From Octopus bimaculoides (Eukaryota), in assembly GCF_001194135.2 (NCBI RefSeq), contig NC_068997.1:38613229-38677228 (forward strand): a DNA stretch of 64,000 nucleotides, given 5' to 3'. Shown in pieces: positions 59,141 to 64,000 of the stretch; the first letter of the stretch is position 1, and each line of letters starts with the position of its first letter. The notes under the pieces were generated by a model, which saw only the letters and a program-made list of their open reading frames with translations, did not search any database and was not told the origin of the DNA. Made by a program: the position numbers and the translations under genes.

Positions 59141-61238
59141 TTCAACATAATTGTTTAGCTACAAGTTGATCAAAAGCAGGAATAGATTTTCGACTGTGCT
59201 AAAACTCTACAACTGCCAAAATACAAAATTATTCTACTGGAAGACCATGCTGGTAGTAAGTCATTTTATATATTCAACAATACTTTTTTGCTACATTTTA
59301 CTTGCACAGCTGTATCCTCTGTGGCATTGAGAATAAGCATACCAATTTTGTAAGTCTGGAATCCCGTTAACCATCAACAATCTTCTCAGCCAGTGTAACC
59401 ACAACTATATGTACTCCTTACATCACAAATGTTGCCAACTTGTCCTTTTCAATGTATCTTTATAGATTATTTCAGCTTTATGAGAACTACTTCACAACTG
59501 GACATTTGTTGGAAAATCTTCTGATGGTACATATGAACTCATTGCTTGCCAACATTATACTTTTGTCACATTTGGCATCCCAGAATTGTCATATAACGGT
59601 GGCTCTGATTTCATTTCAACAATGACTTGAAAGTTTTTGTGAAACTGAAACACACAAATAGTGAAGCTCTTTATTAGAGACAACACATTAGGGTGTTATT
59701 AACATTGATTCATTTCAATGTGCGATCCTATGAGATTTAGTAGGATACAAAACATTCCCTAACAAGGGAAAGACATATTTTGTGATTATATCTCAATTCC
59801 ATCAGTAAGTTGTATACTTCATATCATGTGCAAAAGCTTAGTAATAGATGTGTAAAATTTTCTGAACTATCAAGTCTCAGTTGCTTGTCATTGCCTTCTT
59901 AATATTCAACATAATTGTTTAGCTACAAGTTTCATAATACTGACTCAAGACTCTTGTTGAGATGGAATATTTGAAGATTGGCTGCTACAAGTAGTTATCT
60001 TACAGATATTAATAAAATATCTGGTACAGTGTCAAAAAACTTTTCAAGATCATAAAAGATCAGCAACCATACAATTTGTCCAACTAAATTAAACAAGAGC
60101 ACTACAGTCTCTTTGCTGTCTCTTAATTACAGAATCAGGCCACATTAGTCTCACTTTCTGGCATTCTATTTGTTCCTTTTCTTGGAATTCTCATGATCTT
60201 TCAACATCTTAACAATAAAACGATGGATCCTTTTATAATTGTTAAAACTACTTGAACTCTGAAATTTTCTCTCGAGTCATTTTCCAGAATTCAGAGCCAA
60301 CTATTTAGCAACAATTGAGTTATGGTAAATGTACCATACCTCAAATTCCATCAAATATATAAAGAATAAAGCTGCTAATGAGAAATAAATCTTTGCTTTA
60401 GTAATACTGACAGGTAACACTAATCAGAAGTTAAACTGTCATCAGGAAACTCGTGGAAATACAACCAAGTGATTTGAACTCAAAAGGCCAAAGTTATGTA
60501 TCAAAGGCATTTTATTTGATGCTCAAACAGTTTTACTAATCCAGTCCTTTTCTTTCTTTAAGTGACAGAATCTGTCATGTGTCAGAATTGGTTTAACATC
60601 TGGTTGTAGGTAAGTTTATAATTTCCACTGTTAAAGAAGAAAGTAATAGCTGGCAACTTACTATTCCATTGAACTTGTATATTGATATAAACTGTTTACT
60701 TCTCAACCATAACTGGGTTCAGTCCCACTATGTGGCACTTGGGAAAGTGTCTTCTGCTATAACCCTGGGTTGACCAAAGCCTTGCGAGTGGATTTGCTAG
60801 ACAAAAATTGAAAGAAGCCCATCATATATATCAGTCTCTGTGTGTCTATGTATTTTTCCTTCACCACCACTTGACAACCAGTGTTGGTCTGTTTACATCC
60901 CTATAATCTATTGGTTCAGCAGAAGAGACTGATAAAATAAGTATCAGGTTTAAGAAATAAGTAGTGGGCTCAATTTGTTTGACTAAACTTTTCTAGGCAG
61001 TGTCCTAGCATGGCCACAGTCCAATGACCAAAACAAACAAAAGATATCAACAGCCTTTGAAAGATTTAAAAAAAATTAGGTATGAACAATTTTTTTTAAA
61101 TGCTGAGTTTGGGAACAAATTTAAAACAACTATTAAGCTACCATATATGCTATGACAGGAAAAAATATGTATCTGCTATTACTAATCAAAATATTTAGTG
61201 TTTTGTTATTTCAATATTTGCAATGGTTCTGAGGTGAC

Positions 61239-61402
61239 AAGCTGGCAGAATCATTAGCACAGTGGGCAAAATGCTTTGTGGTATTTCGTCTGAGTTTGCC
61301 TTTCAGGGTTGATAAAATAAGTACCAGTTGAGCATTGGAGTCAATGTAATCAACGTACCCCATCCCCTGAAATTGCTGGCCTTGTGCCAGAATTTGAAAT
61401 CA
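61239..61402 (+). mobile_element. Meta-type SINE with internal deletions
   Basis: Family head, core and tail. Confidence 0.75.
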
Positions 61403-63680
61403 ATATCTCTATTGGTTCTAAAGAAAATGGCCTCTAGTTGCACTAACTTGTCCAGTTTATTAAAAATACATTTTTCACAAGTAATTAGCAGATTAACAAG
61501 CTTTTTGTAAAATGTTCAGTTTTTCTCTTTACCTAACTAGTTTTTTTTTTGGATGAGAAACATTTTTACAGAAAAAATAGTACTTTTTGGTATTAACATT
61601 TCTCCCAATTATTCCTGGTAGAGGTTTTAGGCACCAACTCCATAGGGACTATGAATATATTCTATTATCTCATTCTTAGTCTACCTTTAGGCCTCCAGCT
61701 GTTTGGCTTGACTTGAAGAATCTTTCTTGTGGTTCTTACCTATGACATTCCAATCAGGTCCATAGTACCAGTGTTGTGTCCTCTTCATGTAGAGAAGTAG
61801 TGACTTCTGGAGAGACTCCCTGATTTTCCAAATTACACACCCAACTAAGTAATGTTTCTACAGAGACCCTGAAGGGAACCCCATTTCAGTCACTTGTTTC
61901 ATGATTGTACACTTTTAGTCATTACTAAAGAGGAGGATGGGCGCAAAAACCAAATAGGATTCATATAAAATGGAACTTGTAATTTTGGTGTTTGAATGGG
62001 CAAACTTCGTCTGGTCTTCAACTAATTGCAGTTGCTCATCTATAATGTGTTCAAATAGTTGTTGCTTCATTGAATTACTATAGTAGAGTTGCTATGGAAA
62101 CATCATCTTTCTACATGTATTTAGACCAGTGGTTCTCGACCATTTTTTTTACCTATGGATCTCTTTGTTTACTATTTTATTCTGATATGTTTCAAAATTA
62201 ATTTTGTAGTTCTTTCAAAATTTGTATTTTGTTTATCACACATTCACTTGTGCAGGTTGAACTATGTAAAATGTCAGAGAAAGAAACCAAGCTGTTCCTT
62301 GCGATAAATGCATCTAAAGCAACATTTTTTCATGGGCCCATAACATTCCTGCTGTGGACCCAATTTATTTTGCTTGTGTGGACCCCCCCCCCCCCAAATC
62401 TTATATGGACCCCAGTCCATATTTGTAGACTCGGACAGTCTACAAATTGAAATCCTTCACAAAATGGATTAAATATATTTGAATATAAACCTACTGAGAA
62501 AAAGTGATTAGTGTTAATGAAAATTTGTTGTTAGAAGGGACAAGAAAGAGAATTCAGAAATATTTCAATAAATCAGAATTAATTTTAATGGCAATGTGCA
62601 AACCACAAGGTGGGAGAGAGTGATCTTTGATTGGCTAACCTCAGTAAAACAGCTTAACCACAGCTACCAAGATCTTAGAATGATTAATAGAAGTAGATAT
62701 TTGTATGAAGAACATTTACCAATTAGAAAAGCTGAAATAATGAAAATTACCAAAAATAATTACAAACATGACAAAAAAAGTCATCAGAGATCTGTTTTAA
62801 ATTAAGAATAAATAATTTACTAAATGGCAATTAAAAATATTTTTTTTTATTATTTATTTTATCAAGCTTTTTTCTCTTTTTGCAAAAGCTTCTGAGGTAG
62901 GTTTATGTTATATAAGCAGATATTTTTTGAGAAATTCCACACAACTGTAGTTTTACAGTAATTTCTTTTAAAGAAATTAATAATAAAACATTTATGAACC
63001 TTTAAAAATTGAAATTTTTGGTATTTCTAAGCAACCAGAAGCTTTTGTTAGTGACACTGTGTTGGTAGTATGTTTTTTTAATGTTTCAAGACACACAGCT
63101 TATTTTAAATGTGGTGGGTGAAACAAAATTTGGATGGATATGTCAAATATGTACCTTATCCCTTTTCCCTTTATTAAAAAAAGGAAAAAAAAAAAACTCT
63201 TTGGGGTTCTGATTTTACCCCCAAAACAGCTTTTCACAATTTCACATTACCACCTCCAATTTTTTGGTTTTAATTTATTTTTGAAATGTCTTTGAAAAAA
63301 TATAGATTACAACTAAACCCTAGTCCCAAACCCTAATTGTAAACCTTAACTCTTCCAACTAACCAATGTTTTCTTTTACAAGATGTAAGAGTTGAGAGGG
63401 TTTGAAGGAGACTTGACTGTTATTTCTACTACATCAAGGTCCTTGCAGTGGAAATTCATATTTAGCATTTGCGATTTCTGTTTGGACTAAGTATAATTAC
63501 CAAAAATTTTAATCAAAAGTTTCTAACATTTTTATTCATTTCTCCAAAAATTACGTGTGATTTTCTTAATTTGCACACAAAACTACATTCTTGAATTTTN
63601 NNNNNNNNNAAAAAAAAAAAAAAAAAAAATTGGGGCTATGTAACACAAATTGAAAGACCCAGAGAGGGTGCATCCTGTAG

Positions 63681-64000
63681 TGTGGGAATCCTGGTTTAAG
63701 CACCTCATAACTCTTCAATTTTTGGGAATTTTCAGAAAGTTTTTGCAAATTCATTTTCTACACATGGGAATTTACACGGTTATGGAAAAAAAATAATTCA
63801 CTTTTTAAAGCCCCTTCCCCCGACAAATCCTAAAATTTCCACTCTTTTACGAACTTTTTTTTTTTTAAATCAGAGTTTAAAATACAGACTCTGAATTTTT
63901 TGCATAAATCCCAGCATCATCATTCCATTAAATGTGTTTATGGGAAGGAAGACGTTGAAAAACATCAATACATGTTAAAGTGACAAAGAATCGAAAACGG
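63681..64000. mobile_element. Second copy of the 2181-2598 MITE family, cut by the window end
   Basis: ggaatcctggtttaagcacc terminus and shared internal catcatcattccattaaatgtgttt motif. Confidence 0.75.

Overview
AT-rich, repeat-dense animal DNA with ten N-gaps. The SINE/LINE families and (TA)n/(CAT)n tracts look like an Octopus draft genome (inference from repeat families). The main feature is a complete 9-coding-exon PRRC1 gene on the + strand (CDS 33588-54485, 385 aa by my splice reconstruction; C-terminal YjjX/ITPase-like domain). It has an out-of-frame overlapping uORF and a rare GAG splice acceptor. A CpG-retaining interval (~16.5-22.5 kb) holds a probable promoter near 21.0 kb. Left of it are exon-like segments of an unidentified, divergently oriented minus-strand gene (low to moderate confidence). 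The rest is transposon-derived: RTE, CR1 and CRE non-LTR fragments, Gypsy remnants, a Penelope element with a hammerhead ribozyme, a DD37D maT transposon nested in a piggyBac MITE, Merlin-like MITEs, a 91-bp Helitron and about ten Meta-type SINEs, two of which form a head-to-head hairpin beside exon 8. I found no CRISPR, rRNA or bona fide tRNA genes, and no clearly novel biological system. The best leads are RNA-structure and splicing features within PRRC1 and the unidentified divergent gene. All alignments were done by eye, and family names come from remembered motifs, not searches.
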